Positions 28,758 to 41,929 are shown, counted from the first letter of the stretch. The stretch is DNA of 64,000 nucleotides from the human T2T-CHM13v2.0 reference genome, Homo sapiens (GCF_009914755.1 NC_060932.1), one strand, 5' to 3'. A program made the numbers and translations. Notes: a model not told the origin generated them from the letters alone.

Positions 28758-29173
28758 CAGAGAAAAGATGAACTTTTATTTTCTTCTTTTCAGAGAAAAG
28801 ATGAACTTTTATTTTCTTCTTTTCAGAGAAAAGATGAACTTTTATTTTCTTCTTTTCAGAGAAAAGATGAACTTTTATTTTCTTCTTTTCAGAGAAAAGA
28901 TGAACTTTTATTTTCTTCTTTTCAGAGAAAAGATGAACTTTTATTTTCTTCTTTTCAGAGAAAAGATGAACTTTTATTTTCTTCTTTTCAGAGAAAAGAT
29001 GAACTTTTATTTTCTTCTTTTCAGAGAAAAGATGAACTTTTATTTTCTTCTTTTCAGAGAAAAGATGAACTTTTATTTTCTTCTTTTCAGAGAAAAGATG
29101 AACTTTTATTTTCTTCTTTTCAGAGAAAAGATGAACTTTTATTTTCTTCTTTTCAGAGAAAAGATGAACTTTT
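28725..29173 (+). repeat. Perfect 33-bp minisatellite, 13 full copies plus one partial
   Basis: Unit cagagaaaagatgaacttttattttcttctttt starts at 28725 and recurs every 33 bp to 29154. Confidence 0.98.
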
Positions 29174-29312
29174 CTTTCTTTCTTTTTCTTTCTTTCTTCC
29201 TTCTTTCTTTCTTTCCTTCTTTGTTTCTTTTCTTTCTTTCTTCCTCTCTTTCTTTCTTTCTCTCATCTTTCTTTCTTTTTTTCTTTCTCTTCCTTTCTCC
29301 TTCCTTCCTTCT

Positions 29313-29351
<39 letters not shown>

Positions 29352-29418
29352 TTTTCTTTCTCTTTCTCCTTCCTTCCCTCCCTGCCTCCCTCCCTCCCTC
29401 CTTCCTTCCTTCCTTCCT
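29174..29418. repeat. Pyrimidine-rich low complexity: (CTTT)n, (TTTA)n, (CCTT)n
   Basis: Directly visible. Confidence 0.95.
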
Positions 29419-29989
29419 TGGAAGGAAGTGGAAACAGTCCTATCTGTAATACATTACGAATAAATATGGAGTGGCTGAAGCTGTGATTGTCCCTTGAAAC
29501 TGACTGTGACAGCTTCCAGGCCACATCACTCCCTTTAAAATTGAACCCTATGGGCATATTGAAATGTGAAATAAATACGTTTGGCTGGTGAATCCTACCA
29601 ACTTTATTAGTTACTTGGACTACCACATGCCATTGGAGTAAGATCCCCGCCTGATCTTATGCAGAGTCAATTTCACAAAGAAGTTTTAGAATCTAAATAT
29701 AACAGTTTAAAAACCCGCCCACTAATCATGTTTTCACCCCTTCTGATGTGGTCCCTAAGCCACGCCCATCCATATGCATATGATGGACTAAGAGTTATGG
29801 TGACATGAACGGGGGCAAAAAGTATCTGGGGAAGAAGCTCACTGTGGCAACCTTTGGCCTGGAAGGTTTCACTGTGTCCTTTTATAAACCAAGCAAGCCT
29901 TGTTGAGTTTTTATGTTGTTCTCTGATGAACTTCAGATACTTAGTTTTTCCCCTTAGAGTTTGTATTCAAGATGGGGGTGAGAAAAAGA

Positions 29990-30260
29990 ACAGTTGACCC
30001 TTGAACAATACAGGTTAGAACTGGGGGACTCTACTTCTAAGTAATTTTTTTTCAATAAATACAATTGGCCTCTGTATAAGTGGGTTCTGCATCCACAACC
30101 AAAGGTAAAAACAAAATTCAGAATTGGCAGGATGTGAAACTCACCTCCACAGAGGACCAGCATTTCTTAGCTGCAGGGCCCACAGGCAGGCCTGCTGGAA
30201 TTGAGTAGGCATGGATTTCCGTAGCTGCAGGTGATCCTGGAACTAATCCCCTATGAATTG
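29990..30260. mobile_element. TcMar-Tigger MITE (MER2B-like)
   Basis: cagttgacccttgaacaa TIR ... gtgggttctgcatccacaacc ... cctggaactaatcccctatg. Confidence 0.75.
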
Positions 30261-30973
30261 GGGCCATTCCAGCTACTTTTCCCTAATAGTGTATCCTTTT
30301 TTCGTGCTGGCTATAATTGGATCTAAGTCCAGAGGCCCATTTGATGAACACAGGGACTTTTATTCAGTGGGCAGTGAAAAGAAAAAAAAAACAAAAAAAA
30401 AAAAAAAAGAAAAGAAAGGCAAGTAACCAGATTTGGGATTTGACATTTGGCATATGTTACCTTATTTCTGGCTCTCCCACACTGAGATAATAGAAGATCC
30501 TATAATGAGGATAATGTTTTGCAAAAATTAAACCCATTCACTTTAATTTACCCCCAAGGTGGGCTCCTGTGCAGTCCTCCACTTCTGGGCCAAACCCTGA
30601 AGTTCATTGCTCTTGCGAAGGAGAAAGTGATGCTATTTCCTAGAACACAGAGGCCACCAAGAAGCCTTGAGTTTTGAAACTGAGTTTCTTTAGTGACTAG
30701 CTGTTTCGTAACAATAACAACAAAAACAACTAGTCGTGTTAGGAAAGAAAAGGGTTTTCCAAGTCTCTCCATACTGCAGATTGTGATCCATTATTATGTG
30801 TCAGAAAGTCAATTGAGTAGTATTAAGACAAGTTTTGTGTGTTGTTTTTGGTGGGATTTTTTTTTTCAGTTTGTTTTTCCTTAGCGATTGATTAGGACAC
30901 AACAGAATTAAGTAGAATAGGATGTGGATTGAATGCACCACTCACATCGAGAATACTGTTTTGTGAAACACAT

Positions 30974-31628
30974 TGTGCACGTCACGGTTCTCCAGAAAAA
31001 TGGAACCAATGATATATATATACACATCCATGGAAGGGGGGTTATTAAGGTAAATGGCCCACATCAGTATGGAAGCTGAGAAGTCCCACAATATGCTGTC
31101 TACATGCTGGAGAAACTAGGGGACTGCTGGTGCAAGTCCTGGCATCTGAAGGCTGGAGAACCTGGTGTTCTGATGTCCAAGGGCATGAGAATATGGGGGT
31201 CCCAGCTCCAGAAGAGAGAAAGAAAGAGAAGGAAGGAAGGAAGGAAGGAAGGAAGGAAGGAAGGAAGGAAGGAAGGAAGGAAGGAAGGAGAAAGAGAAAG
31301 AGAAAAAAAGAAAGAAAGAAAAGAAAGAAAGAAAAGAAAGAAGAAAGAAAGAAAAAGAACAAAGGAGAAAAGTTCATCTTTTCTCTGCCAGAAAAGAAGA
31401 AAATAAAAGCTCATCTTTTCTCTGCCTTTTTCTTCTATCCTGGTCTTTAGCTGATTGGATTGTGCCCAACAACATTGGGTAAGGGTAGAGTTCCCTTATT
31501 CAGGCCACAGATTGAAATGCCAATCTGTGCAAGAAACACCCTCACAGATGTACCCAGAAATAATGCTTTCTCAGCTATCTGGGTATCCAGTAATCCAGTA
31601 AAGTTGACACCTAAAATTAACCCTCACA
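30974..31628 (-). mobile_element. Complete MLT2-type LTR with internal (GGAA)n/(GAAA)n expansion; contains the right arm of the inverted duplication
   Basis: Reverse complement runs tgtgagggttaa ... cccttggacatcagaacaccaggttctcc ... ctggagaaccgtgac. Confidence 0.88.
31215..31365. repeat. (GGAA)n and GA-rich tract
   Basis: About 15 GGAA units followed by (GAAA)n. Confidence 0.95.
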
Positions 31629-32479
31629 TACACATATGCATCTTAGCATGAGAGAAGAATATAATACACATTGGAAATCCCAGAGGCAAAGGGGAGTGTG
31701 AGATGGGCTGTACAGGATGATGAGGACACCAGGGCTATGGTCCCTTTGCTCACTCCCTGTGTGGAACCCTAGTAGGGGATGCCTGGCAGCCCTCCACCTT
31801 TACCCTTTTCTATTTTCTCAACCCTTCCATCAAACTAAGGGCAGCCATATCCAAGTGGTTTGGTGAACAACGTTTGGTCAAGCAGAGGAGGAGCCTATTT
31901 TGTCTCTCAGGAAAGAGTCTTTGCCCCTCTATTCCAGCATGTGGCATTTAGCAGGATATGGGGAGACACCGAAGTCAGAATGAAATGCTGAGGGTCCCAG
32001 AGAACTGTGAATGTTGCCAAGGATTTTGGGGGCAACCTCCTTGTCTGGGAACCATATGGCCATCACAGTTAGGGGAGTGGGCTGAGGTGAGGTCTATTCA
32101 GCAGAATATTTTTCTCCCTACCACCTTCCAGCTGGCAACATCACACCACACGTAAACTCAGGAACAGACCTCAGCAGCAGCCACCAGCAGAATATCCAAG
32201 GGGGGGTCTCACATCACTGCTCTGCAGTCCACTGTGCAGCCAGCAAAACAAACATGCAAGCAACAAACAAAATCCCCTGAAGCAGAGACCAGAAAGGATG
32301 CAGTTGCTCCCCGTATTGAAGCACGTCCCCCACCCCCACTGTCCCCGCAATTCTTTCCTCTCTACCACCACAAGATTATGTAACTCACAAATTCTGTCAA
32401 TCATCCATGTAGCATTTGGAGGAAAGAGCTGGCAGACAAAAATCTGAATGATAGAACTTCTAAGCAGATACTGTTAACC

Positions 32480-33300
32480 TAGAAGACTGATAGGGGTTTG
32501 CTTACCAACTCACAGTGCTTCTACCACATCACCATCTAAGAACTCAGAGAAAATTTTATCTAAGTTTACAGAATCTTCCTCAACACTATTTTAGAGCCAG
32601 GAACCCACTTTATGGCAAAGGAATAGCAACAACAAGCATGATTATAATGTATTCCAAATCAGTGGAAAGTGGTCAGCTGAAAAACACACTGAAGGGTTGG
32701 GGTGGCCTATTCCAGAATGCTGCATATGCACACAGATAGCATATCTTTTATGCATGCTCCATGAGCTGGATTGCATGGATCTGTGGTCCAAATGGTTAAA
32801 GTAGAATTGGTCCTTCTCAACAGACTACTCACATCTCGTTTGTGAAACTTGTGCTTCTTAACCTTAAAACTTTAGCTCAGCTGATTAGAACCCCTTGTTC
32901 CCAAGGAAGGACAGCTTCCATCATAACACACTGGGAAAGTGCCACTGAACTGAAAACTGCACATTCTACCCTGTCATATGGGGCATGAGGAAGGTCCATG
33001 AGACAAGATAAGGTGTTACTGTATTGGTGAAGCCCAATGACCCTATTGACTTTGGTTCCCTAGAGTTGTTACCTAAGCAGGGGAATAGGAAAGAAAGTGC
33101 TAGAATCTAGGAAGCCCACCAGATCAGTTCCTTTTCTATCACATCCAAGGATGACTATAAATAGGTAATTACGGTAACAATGGCCCTATAAGGACAGGCA
33201 ATCATAGCCTCACAGAATCATACTCAAGGTCGCTCCATTAAATGAGCAATCTAGAGGACTTAGGAAAATTAGGTATTTAAGGAGTAGTTGCTGAATAACA
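32480..33300 (+). mobile_element. Highly decayed ERVL/MaLR internal sequence (integrase end and downstream region)
   Basis: ttccagaatgctgcatatgca; ttgttcccaaggaaggacagcttcca; gtgccactgaactgaaaactg; gtgttactgtattgg resemble ERVL internal consensus. No ORF remains. Confidence 0.5.
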
Positions 33301-33986
33301 ATTGTGAGTTTGGGGAATACAGGCAGAAAAGGTAGCTCATTCTACCTCACCTAAATTAAGTCTTTTGTAGAAATTGAGCTGGTCGCTACACTGAAACTAT
33401 TTGGACTTAAAGAAGGCACAAGTAAATGTGTGCTGTGAAAGGAGATGGCTGTATCCCATATGCTTTACCTCACATCTTCCCAGTTAATCTTTTAGGGCTT
33501 TGGAGTTTGCTGGCTTCTGATTTTATCTCTGTTGCCAGCAATATTATGGTTTAGGCTAATGGAACTAGGAAGCTGGTTTTTTATTCAGGCATCAAAAAAT
33601 AACCTGATCTTGCTGAATTCACATGGGTGGGCCATGACAGTCCTAGGCCTCTGCTTTACTCATCTTATTGTAGGGACCCAAAGCAACCCTAGCCAGGATG
33701 CAACTTTGAGTTTTAGTTTTAGCAAAGTGAAAACAAGATGAAAGATTGCAGTCAGAGGCAATGAGGTGACATAAGAAATGCATGGACAGACTGGTTCACT
33801 GGTGCCTGCTGGAATCTAAATACTAAAAAGTCTGAACCCCAAAACCAAATCTCAGAGGAAGAAACAGACATTTTCGCAAATGAAAGACATTGATCCCAGG
33901 GGTCTGATGTGGGGAGAAGTGTAATGTAAATGAAAATAGGTCATCAAGAAAAGTAAAAAGGCCAAAAAATTATAATAAACACCAGA

Positions 33987-34395
33987 ATATATTAGTCATA
34001 TACATATTTTGGCAGTGTAACAAAAATACTGAATATCTCAGTGGTTTACAACAAAACATAATAATTTTCCTTGCTTGGCTAGGCTAAGCGAGGTTGATCT
34101 AAGCTGGGTCCACTTGGCTTGTCTCCAGGCCGCAGGTAAGATTTATTTCTGCTCTATATATCTCATTCTGAGGTCCAACCTGCAGATGCAGTAGCCATCT
34201 GGAATTTGACCTTCTTATGAAGGAATACAGCAGCACAAGAGGAAACATGAAACCAAAGAAATGTTTAGTCTCTATCCTTGTCCTATACCTTTATATTCCA
34301 TTGTTCCAAACAAGTCATGGCCAAGCACAAAGTCATGGGAACAGGGGTATATACTCCACCCTAAGGAATATGTGCTGATCAACAATTTAATCTAG
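33987..34395. mobile_element. Old MaLR LTR (MLT1-like)
   Basis: atctcagtggtttacaacaaaac ... attccattgttccaaacaagtcatggccaagcac. Confidence 0.6.
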
Positions 34396-36464
34396 TACTA
34401 CTGGGCAAATGGTGGCTTTTCCTGACCATTCTTTATGAAAATTCTTATAAATAAATGGATGTATAGTATCTGAGTTTCTGTGATTAGTGTAATGGGCCAG
34501 GGGCAGAGCGTGGTGGCTCCTCAGATCTGCGGGTCCTGCAGCTCAGCTATGTCACTTTAACAAGAATGAATCACACTATGACTCAGCTCAGCTGAGACTA
34601 ACGTGCCCACCAAGATGCTAATCTATTATGCGTAATAAGTTGGCTATTTTTGCTAAGTAATCTGGACATTTATTTTGATAGAGCAGAACCTTTTCTTCTT
34701 AAACTACATCTATTAGGATGCTGGGTTAATAATTGTTTCTTGCTTGGTGAGTGTGAATTCAGAGTAGAAGTACTCAATGGGTTGGTGCCACTCGATCTTA
34801 TGCTCTAAATCCCTAAAATAGAAAGGAACCACTATGGAGGCATCCAGGCTTGTTGTGGGTCAGTGTGACCCCTGTCTTAGCATCAAAAGCAGAATGCCAA
34901 TTTGATTCTGTCATACGGATTCATCTTGGTCACTCTCTGATTGAAATTATCTTTTTCTGGTATACATAAGACAACTCATGTGAAAAAGACTGGGTATTGT
35001 GCTTCCAGCATAAGGGTCATTTTAACTCTTTTAAAGTCATCTTTCTATGTAAGAGAGCATCTATATAGATTGTTTGAACTTGTCAAAAATCTCTGAATTA
35101 TGAAGTTATTCATTTTTATCAAGTACAGTGGTTATATATATGTTATGACCTATATGCCTTATATATTCTAGTAATTAAGTTTTAAATATTCTGTCTCATT
35201 GTTATATGGCACACTTCTTCTTTGGGTATAGTAAATATAGTTAATATGTAAAGAAACTTCTTAGGGAGAGTGCCTTTTTTCCAATCAGATGCTTTTATGA
35301 TGTTTACATAGATATAATGCTATAGCCATTGAAATATTAGTGATACCTGGCTTCATACTGCTGTGTACCTAGTATGTTATAAATAAATTTTTGGCATTTG
35401 AGAATGTTGCTTGAATATTTTGAGTGTCTGTGTTCTCATCTGAAGATTGGGAAAACAACATGCTTGCTCTGCTTGCCCTGTAGAAATACTGAAAAGATTA
35501 CATAATACATGAAACAGCTGCTTGGTCTATGGGAGGGGCTCGACAACTGATTGATGCATCTGATCAAGATTTTGAAGTGTTTCTATAGACTCTAAAACAA
35601 TATGTAATGTAAAATAAAATTATTAAACTCAGTATGGTATTTATTGTTGTTGTTATTTTACAGGCACCTTATGTTTTCTTCTTTAACGTGTTAAAAGCCT
35701 TTTTGTCAGGAGGCCAAATCATGTTGTTTCCTACCCCACCCTTTGTTTTTCAGCCCCATTGTGCTTGTATACAGAAAAATCTTGATTGATTTATATCTAT
35801 TGTTCCATTCATCAACACATGACAATTCAAGTCAACAAACAATAGGAAAAGAAAATATCAAAAACAGTGGAACAATAAACCCAATTTTAATTTTACTGCA
35901 AAATCTCCCAAAGGAAGGCGGCAACAAAAATGCCTCTTTTGTCATTAGTAATATGCATTTTTCTGATTTATTCTTCTAGCATGACTCTCTCTGGTTCATT
36001 TTAATCCTGTTGGAGTTCTCTATAATGGTCATTAAATTTCAAAGTACTGCACAATTAAGGATTAGTTAACTATTAAACCATGTAATGCCACTCTGATTTA
36101 TGCAAGCTTCATTAAAATCTTTTTCAGCTGAGATCTGACTGGAATATGAAACGTATCAAATTTAAGAATTCAAATTAGTTTAATGAGACTTTTCTTTCCT
36201 TGAACTTCAACCATGTGCTTGTATAGTGCTAGATGTTTCAGAGACGCAAAGGACTATAAATGGTCGGTAATTATGAAAAAAGAGGGAATTTGTTAGTTGA
36301 CTAAGAGAAGAAAATTTAAATGTATAGCAAAAACAATCTTGTTTGTTTGTTTTGCATGATCATAGTGGCAAAATGTAGGAAAGTTTGCATCATACTGAAG
36401 TGGTCAATTTCCACAATCCTTCTAATTTTGTTTCTAAATTAACCTTTCTCAGGTTCATTTACTT

Positions 36465-37085
36465 TAATATGTGTTTGCTATTGATGTATAGAAAATTATC
36501 ACAAATGCAGTAGCGTAAGACAACGTCCATTTATTGAATCTTAGTTCTGTGGGTCAGAAATTGGAGTGGGCTCAACTGTACCCTGCTTAGAGTATTTCAA
36601 ACCTGAAAAGTTGTTGGCTAGTCAAGCACTTATCTAGAGCTTGTTGGGAAGAACCCACTTTCAAGCTCATTCAAGGTGCTCCAGAATTCAGTTCTTTGTG
36701 ACTGTCGCATTGAGGTGCTATTTCTTTCCAGGCTGTCAACAGAGTGCTCTCTTCTTCTAAAGATCATTTTCATTCTTTCTTTCTCTCCATCTTCAAACCA
36801 TCAATGGCATATCTTGACCATCTCATGCTTTAAATCTGAGTTCCCTTCATGCTTTTCTCTTCTTTGGTATCCAGAAAAGATTGTAGGCGTTTAGGGGCTC
36901 ATCTGATTAGATTAGGCCTGCCTGGATATTCCCTCTATCTTAATGTCAACTGCTGAGAAATCTTAATTACCTCTGCAGTCTCCTCATAGCAGTACCTAGG
37001 TTACTTTCTGATTGAGTAACTGGAAAACAGAATCTTGGAAGGGTCGGGAGGGGAGAGGGGAGAATTTTTGGAATTTCACTTACAA
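36465..37085 (-). mobile_element. MLT1-type LTR, apparently inserted in a MIR (MIR continues at about 37090-37215)
   Basis: agttctgtgggtcagaaatt ... ttcaagctcattcaagg ... gattagattaggcctgcctggata. Confidence 0.75.
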
Positions 37086-37549
37086 TGAGCTGTAAAATGG
37101 GATTGATAGAAGGACATAACCCAGAGGATTCTTATGAAGATTGTATGATATTATGTAGGTGAAGAACTTATCACTAGCACATCGTAAACTTAATGAAATT
37201 CAGCTGTTACTGTTACTGTTGCTATCAATACTATTATCAAATTTAAATTTGAAAGACTGGATAAATCATAAATGGACTATCAATGTACATCACTGTTTTA
37301 TGTTAGGGTTTATTTAAGTTTAACAGAGACTTATGGATGAAACTTAGACTATACCATTCTATATTTTGAAGAGTACTTAAAATTATTTTGTTTTTAAATA
37401 ATAGATCACCAACTAAAATCAGCATAATCAAAATAGTACATATTGGTTCATGAAAAAAATAAAAATACCTAGAAGAGACTGATGATGGTAGTCTCAGAAA
37501 TGCATCCCTGCTCACTCTTCACTTTGGCTTTATTCACTCATATTGGCTT

Positions 37550-37860
37550 TGATATGGTTTGGCTATGTCCCACCTAAATCTCATCTTGAACTGTAGTTCC
37601 CATAATCCCCATGTGTTGTGGGAGGGACTTGGTGGGAGGTAATTGAATCATGGGGGTGACGATTCTATCAGGGGCTTTCCCCCCTTTGCTTGGCTCTTGT
37701 TCTTTCCTGCCGCCCTATGAAGAGGTGCCTTCCACCATGGTTGTAAGTTTCCTGAGGCCTCCCCAGCCATGTAGAACTGTGAGTCAATCAAATCTCTTTT
37801 CTTTATAAATTACCCAGTCTAGGGTATTTCTTCATAGCAATGTGAGAATGGATTCATACA
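37550..37860 (+). mobile_element. THE1 (THE1C/D-like) solo LTR
   Basis: tgatatggtttggctatgtccc ... ggattcataca, with TSD ggctt/ggctg. Confidence 0.92.
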
Positions 37861-39094
37861 GGCTGCTTTTCAGTGGCTCACAGTTTATGCTACTTTATTT
37901 TTGAAATGTCTCATATTTCAGTTATCCTCCAAAATAAAATAATAACACATTTAAATAAGTGACAAAACATGGTAATAAAATGAACCTCTATGAACACACT
38001 ACTTTAAGGACTAAAAAGTTAAAAATATCCATCATTTAATTGTTTTTCTTCCTTTTCTCAGCCACTGCTTCCTACACAAAGTCTAATTACATCATGGATT
38101 TTGTGTATATATTTCCTTTGCTTAAAAAAATAAGTTTACTAATGTATTACTTAGGAGACAGAAACACTGGTTATTTCAACTCATAATTTGACAGAAATCA
38201 TTGTTAACTGGGCTTAAATGCTTTATTTAGATCATTGAAAAGATAAAGAAGAGAACACAAAGGTATAGTAGTAGCAGCAGTTTCAGCTACCATCTCTAGG
38301 CCTGGGGAAACATAGGGAAGAGTTTGGCTTTATTAAAGCTTAGAAGTCCTATAGAGCTGCAACTCAGAATGTGGTGGCCCTCTGAGGAGGACACTGGTAT
38401 AGATTAGAGAAGGTTTTTCTGACTCAGAGGAGGGGGTTTGCATGGCTGGAATCCAGTTTCCTAAATAGAGGTACTGGGGTTTCTGCACTTCAATGAGAGC
38501 CTCAGCCCATGGGAGGGGGTTCTCTAAGTTCATACAAGGGGGCACTGTAGGAAGGCCCGATCCCTAAGTTTGCAGTAAGGCTGTCTGGTATCAATATCTT
38601 TGTGTAAACACAATAAAACAGGTTATTCCAATGCTGGGGGCATAAAAAACTTCAAACTAGTTAAACTTTGGCCACAGCAAAGAAATTTCATGTTTGGAAT
38701 GAAGAGGGATTGATGGATTAACTTACAAGAAGGGAAAATGGGAAACAAACAGAAAACAAAAAGAAGCCAAACTTTTCTTCCTCTACCAGTCTTCCCATGT
38801 GCCTCTAGTGTCTTTTCTTGGAATAGACTAATTTGGAAGTAGCTGAGTTTGCAGATTTCCAGTGTGAGCTTCACAAAGCAAATTTTTACTTGTATGACAT
38901 GCCTATTCATGACTTTTGCACATTTTTATTATTCTTATTTTTCTAAAAATTATTCGTAGAAAACTTTCATTTTTTGCACACTTTAACCTTTATACTTATC
39001 ATATACTTTTTCTTCAGTTTGTGCTTTATCTTTTCACTATCTTCAAGGTTTTATGATGAAAAGAAGACATTTTAATTTTGTTAGTATTTAAGTG

Positions 39095-40170
39095 AAACAG
39101 GCTAAAAGTAAAAGGATGGAAAAATATATATCGTTAGTCAAAACAAAGTTGGAGTAGATACACTAGTATCAGAAAGAGACTTCTGAAGTAGCATTTTTAT
39201 TAGGCTAGAAAAGAAAGAACATTTAGAATTGCAAAATAATGATAATGGGGTAAATAAGAAAAAAATGACAAAATAATTTTAAACATATGTGTACCTAAAA
39301 ACAGAGTTTCCTTAAACATGATGCAGAAAGCTGATAGAACTGAGAGGAGCAATCAGTGATGAAATTCACAATCACAGGTGGGCATACTGCACACAATTTC
39401 CTCAGCAATTAATAGGGTGAAAGATTTGAGAAGATACCACACTGAACACATATCGGTACAGAAAATAAGCACAGTAAAATTTGCGTTAGGAAAATGCAAA
39501 TTGAGTTGACAATGTGAAACCTCTACATACTTATTAGAATTGCTAAAATAAAATATTAAAAAGAGAAAACCATAACAATATGAAGTATTGCTGATAATGT
39601 GGAACAATCAAAATTCGCATATATTGATGATGGGAATGCCTCACTTTAAAAAACTGTTTGGCAATTTCTCATTTTAAATACAGTACCACTGCATGATCCA
39701 AGAATCCCATTCCTGGGTATTTACAGATGAGAAATGAAAAATTATATTCACAAAGAAGTTTACAGTCAATTATCCACAATGGTTTTATTCATAAACACAA
39801 AAAGCAGAAAACAACCTAAATGTCTTTCAACCAGTAAAGGGACAAACTGCGGAATATTCCTAAAATGGAATATTAAACACCAGCAAAGAAGAAGAGACTT
39901 ACTAATACATGCAAAAATATAAACAGACCTCATAGGCATTATACTGAATGAAAGAATCTGGAGTCAAAGGGCTAAATGCTGCATGTTTTCATTTATATGA
40001 CATTCTGGAAAAAGCTAAACTATAGTTTAGTGATTTCTAGGGCTGATTGTAGGGGTGAGTAGTAGGCCACGAAGAAGCATGAAAAAATTGAGGGTATAAT
40101 GGAACAATTCTTATCTTGTTTGCAGTGGTGATTATATCAATAAGGGTACATTTTACTGTTTGCATACTGT
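39095..40170 (+). mobile_element. Old L1M fragments (ORF2 pieces and 3' end)
   Basis: aaaaggatggaaaaatatat; ttaggaaaatgcaaatt; atcccattcctgggtattta; ttcatttatatgacattctggaaaaag. Antisense L1ME-like pieces flank it at about 37880-38140, 38880-39090 and 40210-40350. Confidence 0.75.
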
Positions 40171-41164
40171 CTTAATTAATATTAATTAATTAATTATTAA
40201 TTAATAGTTTTGAAAAAATAAATGCTGCCAAACCATTTTCAAAAATAGATACACCAATTTACATTTCTGTGAGCCCTGTAAGAGAATTTTTGCTGTTTCA
40301 CGTTCTTGGCAACACTTGATATTTTCGGTCTTTTACATTTTAGCCATTTTTTAAAAAAAAATATATTAATATTTGAGATTATCTATGATTTAGGTGCTAT
40401 ATGACACCTCTGTTAGAGAAGACTGTTAGGTTGTGATTACAATTCAGCTTTCAGAAATACTCACATTAAGATATTATTGATGGTCTCAAATGTATTAATC
40501 TTCACATGCTTTTCCATTCTTTTATTGATAATTTATAAGGCAAAGTTTCAAAAAATTATATGTTGAGATTATATCTGAGGTATTATATCAGCATAGAAAC
40601 ATTAAAGCGGAAATGTAAAATGATTTGGAATATGTGGATTAAAATTATTTGTGGGGCAAAATTACTAATTTTTGCTTAATTCAATCAATAATTTTAGTTT
40701 TCTTATTAGACCTTCTAAATAATTATCCAGGTGCATGCCATGTACTTTTCAATTAAATGAGCAATCAGTCATTGATACTTTCTAGTTACCTGTTAGATGC
40801 CTATTACTTTTCTAGAAATTGTGAGAAGAATATGCTTTTTAAAACTTCAAAAGCTCACAATCTAGGAAGAATGACAGGAATTACTCAAAAGAACAGGTAC
40901 AAGTAATTCTACAGTGTATTTTCTAGTAACCAAAATACAAAATACTACGTTTATTTCAATTCATGTAACAGTGGGGTCAGTTAACATTAGATTTATTTTT
41001 TAAGTTTATGTGACACTTACATACTCACCTTAGGTTATTAAGTCTTCCAGAAGTATACCCTGAGCCAAATATTCAGGTGCAATTGATAAAGTGAGAAAAT
41101 GCTCCTGGGACAGTGAGAGTTGGGTAAGGGAAGCAGGGTAGGGAAGAAGTAGAAAATAATGGTA

Positions 41165-41475
41165 GGCCGGGCGCCGTGGCTCACGCCTCTAATCCCAGCA
41201 CTTTGGGAGGCCAAGGCGGGTGGATCATGAGGTCAGGAGTTCAAAATCAGCCTGGCTAAGATGGTGAAACCCCATCACTACTAAAAATATACAAAAAAAA
41301 TTAGCCAGGTGTGGTGGTGAGTGCCTGTAATCCCAGCTACTCAGGAGGCTGAGGCAGAGAATTGCCTGAACCCGGGAGGCAGAGGATGCAGTGAGCCGAG
41401 ATCGTGCCACTGCACTCCAGCCTGGGGGGCAACAGAGCAAAACTCCATCTCAAAAAAAAAAAAAAAGAAAAGAAA
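41165..41475 (+). mobile_element. AluS (Sg/Sc-like) inserted in an old MLT1-like LTR (about 41030-41805)
   Basis: Perfect 14-bp TSD agaaaataatggta at 41151-41164 and 41476-41489. Confidence 0.96.
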
Positions 41476-41929
41476 AGAAAATAATGGTAAACCTTCAGAT
41501 TAAGTCCCAAACCCATTCTAATCCTGCAGGGACCTCTGGAATATAAATTTCACCACATAGGCGGTCATGACTGGAGACAAGAGAGCTGGAATATTTAAAT
41601 AGCACATGGTGCTTGGTTGGCTGATAAAGTACATCCCAAGATTCTTCCATCTTTCCACACAGGCAAGGTGACTTCACTTGCCAGAAGTCAATTGTTTGGA
41701 GAAAACGTCATATGTGAGCCTTTAGCAGCAAAGCCCACAGAGGCTGGGGGATGGACACACAACACTGGTAAAAGGATGGAGGGTATCTGTGTGGGCACTA
41801 CAGTTTCTGGCCACAATTCTCGACTGCTTTCTAGACACAGGCAAAGGAGAAATGCCAGACATTCATTAATAATAAAGATTCTAGTAGAGAGATATGGAAC
41901 AACTGAAATACAAGGTAAGACTTCCAGTT

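Noticed and set aside
28725-29173. 33-bp direct repeats as a CRISPR array
   Set aside because: Units are contiguous with no unique spacers, there are no cas genes, and the context is primate DNA.
31045-31450. Four overlapping ORFs of 100-110 aa
   Set aside because: Stop-free only because of the (GGAA)n/(GAAA)n tract.
40171-40205. AT palindrome (ttaattaatattaattaa...), and a similar one at 27241-27280
   Set aside because: Low-complexity AT self-complementarity is expected by chance.
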